NCBI GenBank assembly: GCA_964016885.1
Contig: OZ024759.1
Span: 11,222,001 to 11,286,000, forward strand
DNA length: 64,000 bases
DNA from: Eledone cirrhosa
Taxonomy: Eukaryota
Direction: 5' to 3'
Shown: piece by piece, positions 12,752 through 28,996 of the stretch
Position numbering within the stretch: position 1 is the stretch's first letter
Layout: every line of letters begins with the position of its first letter
The notes under the pieces: model-generated
The model's database searches: none
The model's input: the letters and a program-made list of their open reading frames with translations, nothing else
What the model was told of the DNA's origin: nothing
Position numbers and translations under genes: made by a program

Positions 12752-13724
12752 CTAACCCTTTTGGTATCAACCCAATTCTGGTTCTATGAAACAAAACCAC
12801 CCATTTTAAAAGGTTCCTTTTTTACCTTTTTTATACCAACACAGCCAAAATTGAATCTGATTCTATGAAACACAACCACCCATTTAACCCCTTTGATATT
12901 AACTTAGCCAAAACCAATTCTGGTTTACTGAAACAAAACCACCCATTTAAAGGGCCCCTATTTAACCCCTTTGATACTAACTTAGCCGAAACCAATTCTG
13001 GTTTTCTGAAACAAAACCACCCATTTAAAGGGCCCCTATTTAACCCCTTTGATACTAACTTAGCCGAAACCAATTCTGGTTTTCTGAAACAAAACCACCC
13101 ATTTAAAGGGCCCCTATTTAACCCCTTTGATACTAACTTAGCCGAAACCAATTCTGGTTTTCTGAAACAAAACCACCCATTTAAAGGGCCCCTATTTAAC
13201 CCCTTTGATACTAACTTAGCCAAAACCAATTCTGGTTTTCTGAAACAAAACCACCCATTTAAAGGGCCCCTATTTAACCCCTTTGATTCTAACTTAGCCA
13301 AAACCAATTCTGGTTTTCTGAAACAAAACCACCCATTTAAAGGGCCCCTATTTAACCCCTTTGATATTAACTTAGCCAAAACCAATTCTGGTTTACTGAA
13401 ACAAAACCACCCATTTAAAGGGCCCCTATTTAACCCCTTTGATACTAACTTAGCCAAAACCAATTCTGGTTTTCTGAAACAAAACCACCCATTTAAAGGG
13501 CCCCTATTTAACCCCTTTGATACTAACTTAGCCAAAACCAATTCTGGTTTTCTGAAACAAAACCACCCATTTAAAGGGCCCCTATTTAACCCCTTTGATA
13601 CTAACTTAGCCAAAACCAATTCTGGTTTTCTGAAACAAAACCACCCATTTAAAGGGCCCCTATTTAACCTCTTTGATACTAACTTAGCCAAAACCAATTC
13701 TGGTTTTCTGAAACAAAACCACCC
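12752..13724. repeat. 78-bp satellite (about 11 copies) built on a TTAA-CCC MITE left end
   Basis: Unit TTTAACCCCTTTGATACTAACTTAGCCAAAACC...GGGCCCCTA; diverged copy starts at 12752. Confidence 0.9.
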
Positions 13725-16700
13725 AACAGATGGACTTGAAGGACATAATCAAAACTATCAAGAATGGCAAACATAGATGGGCTGGCCATGTCCTCGTCTC
13801 AGAGACAACAAGGTCGACTATTAGTGACAGTGGACACCAAGGGGGACTATTAGAGTGACAGTGGACACCAATATGGACTATTATCAGAGACAACAGGTGG
13901 ACTATTAGAGTGACAGGATGGACACCAAAGTGGACTATTATCAGAGACAACAGGTGGACTATTAGAGTGACAGGATGGACACCAAAGTGGACTATTATCA
14001 GAGACAACAGGTGGACTATTAGAGTGACAGGATGGACACCAAGGTGGACTATTATCAGAGACAATAGGGGGACTATTAGAGTGACAGGATGGACACCAAG
14101 GTGGACTATTATCAGAGACAATAGGGGGACTATTAGAGTGACAGGATGGACACCAAGGTGGACTATTATCAAAGACAACAGGGGGACTATTAGAGTGACA
14201 GGATGGACACCAGGGTGGACTATTATCAGAGACAACACATGGACTATTAGAGTGACAGGATGGACACCAAGGTGGACTATTATCAGAGACAATAGGGGGA
14301 CTATTAGAGTGACAGGATGGACACCAAGGTGGACTATTATCAGAGACAACAGGTGGACTATTAGAGTGACAGGATGGACACCAAGGTGGACTATTATCAG
14401 AGACAATAGGGGGACTATTAGAGTGACAGGATGGACACCAAGGTGGACTATTATCAGAGACAATAGGGGGACTATTAGAGTGACAGGATGGACACCAAGG
14501 TGGACTATTATCAGAGACAACAGGTGGACTATTAGAGTGACAGGATGGACACCAAGGTGGACTATTATCAGAGACAACAGGGGGACTATTAGAGTGACAG
14601 GATGGACACCAAAGTGGACTATTATCAGAGACAACAGGTGGACTATTAGAGTGACAGGATGGACACCAAGGTGGACTATTATCAGAGACAACAGGGGGAC
14701 TATTAGAGTGACAGGATGGACACCAAGGTGGACTATTATCAAAGACAACAGGGGGACTATTAGAGTGACAGGATGGACACCAGGGTGGACTATTATCAGA
14801 GACAACACATGGACTATTAGAGTGACAGGATGGACACCAAAGTGGACTATTATCAGAGACAACAGGTGGACTATTAGAGTGACAGGATGGACACCAAGGT
14901 GGACTATTATCAGAGACAATAGGGGGACTATTAGAGTGACAGGATGGACACCAAGGTGGACTATTATCAGAGACAATAGGGGGACTATTAGAGTGACAGG
15001 ATGGACACCAAGGTGGACTATTATCAAAGACAACAGGGGGACTATTAGAGTGACAGGATGGACACCAGGGTGGACTATTATCAGAGACAACACATGGACT
15101 ATTAGAGTGACAGGATGGACACCAAGGTGGACTATTATCAGAGACAATAGGGGGACTATTAGAGTGACAGGATGGACACCAAGGTGGACTATTATCAGAG
15201 ACAACAGGTGGACTATTAGAGTGACAGGATGGACACCAAGGTGGACTATTATCAGAGACAATAGGGGGACTATTAGAGTGACAGGATGGACACCAAGGTG
15301 GACTATTATCAGAGACAATAGGGGGACTATTAGAGTGACAGGATGGACACCAAGGTGGACTATTATCAGAGACAACAGGTGGACTATTAGAGTGACAGGA
15401 TGGACACCAAGGTGGACTATTATCAGAGACAACAGGGGGACTATTAGAGTGACAGGATGGACACCAAAGTGGACTATTATCAGAGACAACAGGTGGACTA
15501 TTAGAGTGACAGGATGGACACCAAGGTGGACTATTATCAGAGACAACAGGGGGACTATTAGAGTGACAGGATGGACACCAAGGTGGACTATTATCAAAGA
15601 CAACAGGGGGACTATTAGAGTGACAGGATGGACACCAGGGTGGACTATTATCAGAGACAACACATGGACTATTAGAGTGACAGGATGGACACCAAAGTGG
15701 ACTATTATCAGAGACAACAGGGGGACTATTAGAGTGACAGGATGGACACCAAGGTGGACTATTATCAAAGACAACAGGGGGACTATTAGAGTGACAGGAT
15801 GGACACCAGGGTGGACTATTATCAGAGACAACACATGGACTATTAGAGTGACAGGATGGACACCAAAGTGGACTATTATCAGAGACAACAGGTGGACTAT
15901 TAGAGTGACAGGATGGACACCAAGGTGGACTATTATCAGAGACAACAGGGGGACTATTAGAGTGACAGGATGGACACCAAGGTGGACTATTATCAAAGAC
16001 AACAGGGGGACTATTAGAGTGACAGGATGGACACCAGGGTGGACTATTATCAGAGACAACACATGGACTATTAGAGTGACAGGATGGACACCAAAGTGGA
16101 CTATTATCAGAGACAACAGGTGGACTATTAGAGTGACAGGATGGACACCAAGGTGGACTATTATCAGAGACAACAGGGGGACTATTAGAGTGACAGGATG
16201 GACACCAAGGTGGACTATTATCAAAGACAACAGGGGGACTATTAGAGTGACAGGATGGACACCAGGGTGGACTATTATCAGAGACAACACATGGACTATT
16301 AGAGTGACAGGATGGACACCAAAGTGGACTATTATCAGAGACAACAGGTGGACTATTAGAGTGACAGGATGGACACCAAGGTGGACTATTATCAGAGACA
16401 ACACATGGACTATTAGAGTGACAGGATGGACACCAAAGTGGACTATTATCAGAGACAACAGGTGGACTATTAGAGTGACAGGATGGACACCAAGGTGGAC
16501 TATTATCAGAGACAACAGGGGGACTATTAGAGTGACAGGATGGACACCAAGGTGGACTATTATCAAAGACAACAGGGGGACTATTAGAGTGACAGGATGG
16601 ACACCAGGGTGGACTATTATCAGAGACAACACATGGACTATTAGAGTGACAGGATGGACACCAAAGTGGACTATTATCAGAGACAACAGGTGGACTATTA

Positions 16701-19700
16701 GAGTGACAGGATGGACACCAAGGTGGACTATTATCAGAGACAACAGGGGGACTATTAGAGTGACATGATGGACACCAAGGTGGACTATTATCAGAGACAA
16801 CATGTGGACTATTAGAGTGACAGGATGGACACCAAGGTGGACTATTATCAGAGACAACAGGTGGACTATTAGAGTGACAGTATGGACACCAAGGTGGACT
16901 ATTATCAGAGACAACAGGGGGACTATTAGAGTGACAAGATGGACACCAAGGTGGACTATTATCAGAGACAACAGGGGGACTATTAGAGTGACATGATGGA
17001 CACCAAGGTGGACTATTATCAGAGACAACAGGGGGACTATTAGAGTGACAGGATGGACACCAAGGTGGACTATTATCAGAGACAACAGGTGGACTATTAG
17101 AGTGACAGGATGGACACCAAGGTGGACTATTATCAGAGACAACACGTGGACTATTAGTGACAGTATGGACACCAAGGTGGACTATTATCAGAGACAACAT
17201 GTGGACTATTAGAGTGACAGGATGGACACCAAGGTGGACTATTATCAGAGACAACATGTGGACTATTAGAGTGACAGGATGGACACCAAGGTGGACTATT
17301 ATCAGAGACAACACGTGGACTATTAGAGTGACAGTATGGACACCAAGGTGGACTATTATCAGAGACAACATGTGGACTATTAGAGTGACAGGATGGACAC
17401 CAAGGTGGACTATTATCAGAGACAACAGGGGGACTATTAGAGTGACAGGATGGACACCAAGGTGGACTATTATCAGAGACAACACGTGGACTATTAGAGT
17501 GACAGGATGGACACCAAGGTGGACTATTATCAGAGACAACAGGGGGACTATTAGAGTGACAGTATGGACACCAAGGTGGACTATTATCAGAGACATGTGG
17601 ACTATTAGAGTGACAGGATGGACACCAAGGTGGACTATTATCAGAGACAACATGTGGACTATTAGAGTGACAGTATGGACACCAAGGTGGACTATTATCA
17701 GAGACAACACGTAGACTATTAGAGTGACAGGATGGACACCAAGGTGGACTATTATCAGAGACAACAGGTGGACTATTAGAGTGACAGGATGGACACCAAG
17801 GTGGACTATTATCAGAGACAACAGGGGGACTATTAGAGTGACAGTATGGACACCAAGGTGGACTATTATCAGAGACAACAGGTGGACTATTAGAGTGACA
17901 GGATGGACACCAAGGTGGACTATTATCAGAGACAACAGGTGGACTATTAGAGTGACAGGATGGACACCAAGGTGGACTATTATCAGAGACAACAGGTGGA
18001 CTATTAGAGTGACAGGATGGACACCAAGGTGGACTATTAGAGTGACAGGATAGACACCAAGGTGGACTATTATCAGAGACAACATGTGGACTATTAGAGT
18101 GACAGTATGGACACCAAGGTGTACTATTATCAGAGACAACAGGGGGACTATTAGAGTGACAGGATGGACACCAAGGTGGACTATTATCAGAGACAACACG
18201 TGGACTATTAGAGTGACAGGATGGACACCAAGGTGGACTATTATCAGAGACAACATGTGGACTATTAGAGTGACAGTATGGACACCAAGGTGGACTATTA
18301 TCAGAGACAACAGGGGGACTATTAGAGTGACAGGATGGACACCAAGGTGAACTATTATCAGAGACAACACGTGGACTACTAGAGTGACAGGATGGACACC
18401 AATGTGGACTATTATCAGAGACAACAGGGGGACTATTAGAGTGACAAGATGGACACCAAGGTGGACTATTATCAAAGACAACAGGTGGACTATTAGAGTG
18501 ACAGGATGGACACCAAGGTGGACTATTATCAAAGAGAACAGGTGGACTATTAGAGTGACAGGATGGACACCAGGGTGGATTATTATCAGAGACAACACAT
18601 GGACTATTAGAGTGACAGGATGGACACCAAGGTGGACTATTATCAGAGACAACAGGTGGACTATTAGAGTGACAGGATGGACACCAAGGTGGACTATTAT
18701 CAGAGACAACAGGTGGACTATTAGAGTGACAGGATGGACACCAAGGTGGACTATTATCAGAGACAACAGGTGGACTATTAGAGTGACAGGATGGACACCA
18801 AGGTGGACTATTATCAGAGACAACAGGTGGACTATTAGAGTGACAGTATGGACACCAAGGTGGACTATTATCAGAGACAACAGGTGGACTATTAGAGTGA
18901 CAGGATGGACACCAAGGTGGACTATTAGAGTGACAGGATAGACACCAAGGTGGACTATTATCAGAGACAACATGCGGACTATTAGAGTGACAGTATGGAC
19001 ACCAAGGTGTACTATTATCAGAGACAACAGGGGGACTATTAGAGTGACAGGATGGACACCAAGGTGGACTATTATCAGAGACAACACGTGGACTATTAGA
19101 GTGACAGGATGGACACCAAGTTGGACTATTATCAGAGACAACATGTGGACTATTAGAGTGACAGTATGGACACCAAGGTGGACTATTATCAGAGACAACA
19201 GGGGGACTATTAGAGTGACAGGATGGACACCAAGGTGGACTATTATCAGAGACAACACGTGGACTATTAGAGTGACAGGATGGACACCAATGTGGACTAT
19301 TATCAGAGACAACAGGGGGACTATTAGAGTGACAAGATGGACACCAAGGTGGACTATTATCAAAGACAACAGGTGGACTATTAGAGTGACAGTATGGACA
19401 CCAAGGTGGACTATTATCAAAGACAACAGGTGGACTATTAGAGTGACAGGATGGACACCAAGGTGGACTATTATCAGAGACAACACGTGGACTATTAGAG
19501 TGACAGGATGGACACCAAGGTGGACTATTATCAGAGACAACAGGTGGACTATTAGAGTGACAGGATGGACACCAAGGTGGACTATTATCAGAGACAACAG
19601 GGGGACTATTAGAGTGACAGGATGGACACCAAGGTGGACTATTATCAGAGACAACAGGGGGACTATTAGAGTGACAGTATGGACACCAAGGTGGACTATT

Positions 19701-20870
19701 ATCAGAGACAACATGTGGACTATTAGAGTGACAGGATGGACACCAAGGTGGACTATTATCAGAGACAACAGGGGGACTATTAGAGTGACAGGATGGACAC
19801 CAAGGCGGACTATTATCAGAGACAACAGGGGGACTATTAGAGTGACAGGATGGACACCAAGGTGGACTATTATCAGAGACAACAGGTGGACTATTAGAGT
19901 GACAGGATGGACACCAAGGTGGATTATTATCAGAGACAACAGGGGGACTATTAGAGTGACAGGATGGACACCAATGTGGACTATTATCAGAGACAACAGG
20001 GGGACTATTAGAGTGACAGGATGGACACCAAGGTGGACAATTATCAGAGACAACAGGTGGACTATTAGAGTGACAGGATGGACACCAAGGTGGATTATTA
20101 TCAGAGACAACAGGGGGACTATTAGAGTGACAGGATGGACACCAATGTGGACTATTATCAGAGACAACAGGGGGACTATTAGAGTGACAGGATGGACACC
20201 AAGGTGGACTATTATCAAAGACAACAGGTGGACTATTAGATTGACAGGATGGACACCAAGGTGGACTATTATCAGAGACAACAGGGGGACTATTAGAGTG
20301 ACAGGATGGACACCAAGGTGGACTATTATCAGAGACAACAGGGGGACTATTAGAGTGACAGGATGGACACCAATGTGGACTATTATCAAAGACAACAGGT
20401 GGACTATTAGAGTGACAGGATGGACACCAAGGTGGACTATTATCAGAGACAACACGTGGACTATTAGAGTGACAGGATGGACACCAAGGTGGACTATTAT
20501 CAAAGACAACAGGTGGACTATTAGAGTGACAGGATGGACACCAAGGTGGACTATTATCAGAGACAACAGGTGGACTATTAGAGTGACAGGATGGACACCA
20601 AGGTGGACTATTATCAGAGACAACAGGTGGACTATTAGAGTGACAGGATGGAGACCAAGGTGGACTATTATCAGAGACAACAGGTGGACTATTAGAGTGA
20701 CAGGATGGACACCAAGGCAGTGGCGAAGAACTAGACGGTAGCCAAAGTCTAGATGGGACAGTGATCTGACCTTATACCTCTTCCCCACATTCTTCAATAT
20801 GGCCAGAGATAGGAAGTGGTGGAGGTTACCCAGGAAAGGGTTCGTCTAACCGGCGTGTGAAGGCCCTGGA
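13725..20870 (+). mobile_element. RTE-clade LINE 3' fragment split by tandem amplification of its own sequence
   Basis: Left flank reads DIIKTIKNGKHRWAGHV; unit reads RDNRWTIRVTGWTPR; right flank continues QWRRTRR*PKSRWDSDL...MARDRKWWR. Confidence 0.8.
13800..20717. repeat. 57-bp satellite, about 120 copies, with higher-order structure
   Basis: GGACTATTATCAGAGACAACAGGTGGACTATTAGAGTGACAGGATGGACACCAAGGT repeated; variant periods of 228, 855 and 888 bp. Confidence 0.98.
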
Positions 20871-20945
20871 TTTTGGATTTAAATTAAAATCTTCCAACAT
20901 GACTTTACATAAGAACCAAATGTTAAGTTACTACCTTAGTATTGA

Positions 20946-21141
20946 AATAATTGTTTCTATTTTAGGCACAAGGCCAGCAATTACCCAGTACATTACTGGT
21001 TCTTTATTTTATCGACCCCGTAAGGATGAAAGGCAGAGTTAACCTTGGCGGGATTTGAACTCAGACTGTAAAGGGACGTAACTCTATGCTTCAAAGCATG
21101 GTGTCCGACTCTCTACCGATACTGCCAATCCACCGCCCTTT
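20946..21141 (-). mobile_element. SINE family B (tRNA-like head, GCCTTTCATCCTT...GTCGATAAAAT body resembling the Meta domain)
   Basis: B box GAGTTCAAATCC; copies or fragments at about 21478-21668, 35605-35680, 37030-37136, 49128-49312, 51650-51842, 53095-53230, 53260-53470. Confidence 0.8.
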
Positions 21142-21709
21142 CAGTATTGAAATAATGAGTAATTTTAGTAAATCTCTCAAATCTTCACTAATTAAGTGAA
21201 ATAATTGGATTTCATTAGAAATAAAGATACAAAGAAATTAATAGGTTCCTGTTTAAATTAAAATCTTCCAATAGAGCCATATGATTAGTTACTTAGTAAT
21301 GAAATAATTAATAATTTTAGTAAATCCGACAAACATCTTCATTAATTGACACAAGATGTCCTATTCTGAAATAGTCTCCTCAACTCTTTCTTTTGGTGAC
21401 AGGATTTTATCTACGGTAACATTCCAACATCTTTATCATTATTTTCTTACATTTAATGTCCTAATTACATTGATGTAATAATTGTTTCTAATTTTGGCAC
21501 AAGGCCAGCAATTATCCCAATGTATTACTGGTGATTTATTTTATCGACCCTGTAAGGATGAAAGGCAATGTTAATTTTGACAGGATTTAGATTCAAAACA
21601 TAAAGGGCCATAATTCTATACTGCAAAGCATGGTGTCTGATGCTCTACCGATTCTGCCAATCTACCGCATTAATGTAATAATAATGATAAACACGCAATT
21701 TTACAATAA

Positions 21710-22888
21710 AGTGTATTTCATTAGAAATATGGTAATGAAAGGGTTAATGACATAGACAGTGTCTTTCATTAGAAATATGGTACTGAAAGGGTTAATGACA
21801 TAGACAGTGTCTTTCATTAGAAATATGGTAATGAAAGGGTTAATGACATAGACAGTGTCTTTCATTAGAAATATGGTAATGAAAGGGTTAATGACATAGG
21901 TAGTTTAATTCATTAGAACTGTGATAATGAAAGGGTTAATGACATAGACAGTGTATTTCATTAGAAATATGGTAATGAAAGGGTTAATGGCATAGTCAGT
22001 GTCTTTCATTAGAAATATGGTAATGAAAGGGTTAATGTCATAGACAGTGTCTTACATTAGAAATATGGTAATGAAAGGGTTAATGACATAGACAGTGTCT
22101 TTCATTAGAAATATGGTAATGAAAGGGTTAATGTCATAGACAGTGTCTTACATTAGAAATATGGTAATGGAAGGGTTAATGACATAGACAGTGTCTTTCA
22201 TTAGAAATATGGTAACGAAAGGGTTAAAGACATAGACAGTGTCTTTCATTAGAAATATGGTAATGAAAGGGTTAATGACATAGACAGTGTCTTTCATTAG
22301 AAATATGGTAATGAAAGGGTTAATGACATAGACAGTGTCTTTCATTAGAAATATGGTAATGAAAGGGTTAATGACATAGACAGTGTCTTTCATTAGAAAT
22401 ATGGTAATGATAGGGTTAAAGACATAGACAGTGTCTTTCATTAGAAATATGGTAATGAAAGGGTTAATGTCATAGACAGTGTCTTTCATTAGAAATATGG
22501 TAATGGAAGGGTTAATGACATATACAGTGTCTTTCATTAGAAATATGGTAATGAAAGGGTTAATGTCATAGACAGTGTCTTTCATTAGAAATATGGTAAT
22601 GGAAGGGTTAATGACATATACAGTGTCTTTCATTAGAAATATGGTAATGAAAGGGTTAATGACATAGACAGTGTCTTTCATTAGAAATATGGTAATGGAA
22701 GGGTTAATGTCATAGACAGTGTCTTTCATTAGAAATATGGTAATGGAAGGGTTAATGACATATACAGTGTCTTTCATTAGAAATATGGTAATGAAAGGGT
22801 TAATGACATATACAGTGTCTTTCATTAGAAATGTGGTAATGGAAGGGTTAATGACATAGACAGTGTCTTTTATTAGAAATACGGTATT
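21710..22888. repeat. 48-bp satellite (about 24 copies) built on a GGG-TTAA MITE right end
   Basis: Unit TTTCATTAGAAATATGGTAATGAAAGGGTTAATGACATAGACAGTGTC. Confidence 0.95.
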
Positions 22889-23137
22889 TTTAAAAATAAA
22901 TTAAAAAATTACTGAATAAATTTAAAAGAAATTAAACATTTTTAGAAAGATTATTAAATAAGTAATAACCATCAAGCCATATAAAATCAATTTTGAATTA
23001 AAATTTTGTTAAAAACTCTCAGAAACTAGAATGAAATAGTAATAAAATGTGGATCACATTAAGATAACATCAGGACCGGCAAATATAATGTCAATATAAG
23101 ACATCAGGGTAAAGTACAGACAACTTGAACCTGTCAA

Positions 23138-25170
<2,033 letters not shown>

Positions 25171-25171
25171 T

Positions 25172-25471
25172 CACCTGGTCTGAGTTCAATTCTCAGACCA
25201 GGTGATGTGTTGTTTCCTTGAGCAAGAGACTTTATTTCACATTGCTCCAGTTTACTCAGCTGTAGAAATGAGATGATAGGGAATGGGGTCTCTATCATTC
25301 CACTGCAAAGTGGTCGTGGAGGTGCCACGGCAAAAAAAGCACCCAGCACTCACTGTAAATGAGGTTGGTGTTAGGAAGGGCATCCAGCTGTAGAAATCAA
25401 GCCAGAATCAGTTCCCGTCCCACCCTTGCAAGCAGGGAAAAGCGGATGTAAAATGAAATGAAATGAAATGA
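25172..25471 (+). mobile_element. SINE family A, 5' truncated
   Basis: Matches 897-1238 from the B box onward. Confidence 0.9.
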
Positions 25472-25495
25472 TATATATATATATACGCACACACA

Positions 25496-25566
25496 CAGTG
25501 TCCCCAAAAATGTATGTACCCTTTGATTAGAATGCTCTTTGTGTGTATACATTTGGGGACGCCCTG
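25496..25566. mobile_element. Tiny Tc1/mariner-like MITE
   Basis: CAGTGTCCCCAAAAATGTA...TACATTTGGGGACGCCCTG. Confidence 0.5.
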
Positions 25567-25611
25567 TTTATATAATCATCATTTAACATCCATTTTCTAC
25601 ACTACCATGGG

Positions 25612-25644
<33 letters not shown>

Positions 25645-25651
25645 AGCCATG

Positions 25652-25692
<41 letters not shown>

Positions 25693-25699
25693 AGCCATG

Positions 25700-25758
<59 letters not shown>

Positions 25759-25765
25759 AGCCATG

Positions 25766-25820
<55 letters not shown>

Positions 25821-25827
25821 AGCCATG

Positions 25828-25892
<65 letters not shown>

Positions 25893-26126
25893 AGCCATGC
25901 TATATATATATAAGTTCCCCAGGATATATGTAAAGACTTTATGCTGAATACAAAGCTACAATTCCACTTACCATTAACAGTGCAAATGGACAATTACAAT
26001 ATGGCTGACAGTTTGTTGCAACTGGAATGGATGATAGTGATAGACTGATGATAACCTTTTATTTTCTAAGTTGATGCATTAAATATTAGACATTCCTGTC
26101 TCTCTCGCTCGCTTTTATATATATAT

Positions 26127-26920
26127 ATCGTTGGGGAGCAGAGTTTTTAAACATGCCTTCCAGTGGGTCCTCTCAGAAGCAACCATCTCCAATTGATCTG
26201 GCTGGATCCCCAAGTTAGAGCAACCGAGCTCATGGGTGTTATTGCTCGACAGATTTTACTGGTGAGACTCGGGTAGAACTGGATCAAGAGGGTTAGATAA
26301 CATCTCTGTGTTCTCTGATTTCAAATCATGCCAAGGTCAACTTTGCTTTTCATCCCTTTGGAGGCTCATGGCTTAGTGGTTAGAGCATTGGGCTTGCAAT
26401 CGAAAGGTTGTGAGTTCAATTTTCAGACCGGGTGATGTGTTGTTTCCTTGAGCAAGACACTTTATTTCACATTGCTCCAGTTTACTCAGCTGTAGAAATG
26501 AGATGATAGGGACTGGGGTCCCTATCATTCCACTGCAAAGTGGTCGTGTAGGTGCCACGGCAAAAAAGCACTCAGCCCACACTGTAAAGTGGTCGTGGAG
26601 GTGCCATGGAAAAAAAAGCACCCGGCACTCACTGTAAATGAGGTTGGTGTTAGGAAGGGCATCCAGCTGTAGAAATCAAGCCAGAATCAGTTCCCGTCCT
26701 ACACTTGCAAGCAGGGAAAAGCGGACGTAAAATGATGATGATGATGATATATATATATATATATATATATATCATGCCAAGGTCAAATTTGCTTTTCATC
26801 CCTTTGGAGGTACATGGCTTAGTGGTTAGAGCATTGGGCTTGCAATCAAAAGGTTGTGAGTTCAATTTTCAGACCTGGTGATGTGTTGTTTCCTTGAGCA
26901 AGACACTTTATTTCACATTG
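26127..26920 (+). mobile_element. Duplicate of composite 664-1238 (SINE A at 26360-26746) plus a partial re-duplication at 26772-26920
   Basis: Same junction CATCCCTTT/GGAGG as at 896. Confidence 0.85.
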
Positions 26921-26982
26921 GATATGTTGATTTAAAACCGCACTATCCACAAGTGTTTTTTAACCTTCATATCATGTCCTCC

Positions 26983-27053
26983 TATTTTATCTGATGAAAA
27001 CATAAATGTTATTGCATGATGATATTTGTTTTTGAAATGTGCATAATAAAATA
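26983..27053 (+). ncRNA. Type I hammerhead ribozyme
   Basis: TATTTTAT-CTGATGA-long stem II-GAAAT-GTGC-ATA-ATAAAATA; 8-bp stem I. Confidence 0.8.
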
Positions 27054-28102
27054 CATGGAAGTCATTTAACCATCTTTTGATCTTATATATTATGTATACT
27101 CCAGTCCTACAAACTGTAGAGTGCTTCTTATCCGATATCTGCATTGCTTTATTGTACTACAATAAAACTCACCTCCTACATTATATATATATATATATAT
27201 ATATACACGTAGCTGATCCCTTGGAGAAGCTAAAGTCAATATAAAGAATGATGTGCTCATACACAGAGATGCTTTAAACTAGGGTTGATTTCTTTTTCTG
27301 CCTTTAAGCGTCTTCAACTTATTCTAAAAGCTATTTTGTAGCATCTCTGCACAAGTTTATATATATGTATATTTATATCTATACTCATCAAAAACAACTT
27401 TTTGTATCTATACTCATTAAAAACAACTATTTGTATATATGTGTGTGTATCGTATATATATATATATATATATACACGATATGGTTGATACGAACAGTTG
27501 ATCAAATATAGTCTATGAATATGAATTCATTAAGACTAATTTACAATCCACTGACCTAACTAACTTAAAACATTCAATATAAACAGTAACTAAAATTTAA
27601 TTCAACATATGTCATGGAAAAGTCTGCAAAAACTGTGTTTCTCAACACGCATTAATTCGAACACCATCAACATCCAACATCCCCCATAGATTCTAATACA
27701 TTAACATATTTGCTTTAACTGCAGTATTTATTCATCTATATATGCATAATAGCTTTGCTTGTCTCCTCCTCATGTATATGACTTACAGTGACAATATCCA
27801 CACGCCTGCATATGAATTGTTATTGCACTCTTCCTCTCTCAAAACTGCTTCCTCAATGCCTCTTTAATATTTGGACTATTCTCTTGTTTTATCTGTTGCA
27901 TGTATTCCACTCCGTGCTTTTGATTTTAATTTAATTTAATTTGAACTTGAATGTTTGTACAATTATTGTACAATTCTCGTAAAATATATGTCACATCCAT
28001 TCCACCTTGTAAATACGAAACTGTTGCTCACAACATCAATTTATATGTATCTATATTATTGTTCAGTTGAATAGGAGGTTAATTATATGTGCAAACATTG
28101 AT

Positions 28103-28154
28103 AATGCTCTGATGACTCCAAACGAGAATTTGGAAGAAACAATTGTCAGCTATT
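28103..28154 (+). ncRNA. Minimal type I hammerhead ribozyme
   Basis: GCT-CTGATGA-C-TCCAAA/TTTGGA-A-GAAAC-AATT-GTC-AGC; palindromic stem III ACAATTGT. Confidence 0.8.
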
Positions 28155-28606
28155 AAATTATTTGAACACAACTTTGATAATTGTATAATGTATTTATTAT
28201 ATATATATATATAGAGAGATTTTTTCCAAATTTAAAAGTTTTTAGGAACTTAACATTTTTTTTATTTTACGTTTTGCCATGTGAAGAGCTCAGGCTGTCA
28301 TAATTGATAATCCTCTGTGAAATATGTATAACAGAGTTTTAAATAAACCTGAATCAACTGAATATAGTCTCCAATCTTTTATTAAACATGGTTGGTGTTA
28401 GGAAGGGCCTCCAGCCGTAGAAAACCTGCCAGACAGCCCTATACGAGCGAGACATGGTCACCTGACCAATCTTGCCTCAAGTAGGACAATTCCCATCTAA
28501 ACCCATGCTAGCGTGGAAGATAGCCGTTAAACAATGATGATGATGATATATATAGATATATGCTGTGTATATATATATGTGCCTCCATATATATATTTAT
28601 CTTTAG

Positions 28607-28833
28607 TAATAATAAATGTGAAGACTAAAATCCAAAGAGGGCTCGATAAGGATAAATATATATCAAATATATAAGAACCCTAGAGCAAATATTTATTAAA
28701 ATAACAGATTAAAGTTTAAGCAAAGAATCGCTGCTTTCACCCTTAACGGGATCTTCTGAAACTCAAAAGATCCCGTTAAGGGTGAAAGCAGCGATCCTTT
28801 GCTTAAACTTTAATCTGTTATTTTAATAAATAT
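28607..28833. mobile_element. Fold-back element, probable inverted Penelope-like pLTR
   Basis: Arms 28689-28755 and 28767-28833; second copy at 42568-42844; flanked by (TA)n. Confidence 0.65.
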
Positions 28834-28925
28834 ATATATTTATTTATATATATATATGTGTGTGTGTCTATACATATATATATATGAGATAGTTTTATTC
28901 GTACATCTTTATTTCATTATCTAAT

Positions 28926-28996
28926 CCAATTATACGCATTTCAAAGATTCTAGGGTGGTTATGTAATAAGCCCCTAGCATGTTTTCATCAGATCAA
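28926..28996 (-). ncRNA. Type I hammerhead ribozyme
   Basis: Minus: TTGAT-CTGATGA-AAA..CTAGGG/CCCTAG..TTT-GAAAT-GCGT-ATA-ATTGG. Confidence 0.7.

Noticed and set aside
13684-20797. Very long ORFs (1163, 2315 and 952 aa) with CPSC or WTIRVTG repeats
   Set aside because: The 57-bp unit is a multiple of 3 and lacks stops in several frames on both strands; it derives from an RTE fragment and is broken by a frameshift and stops
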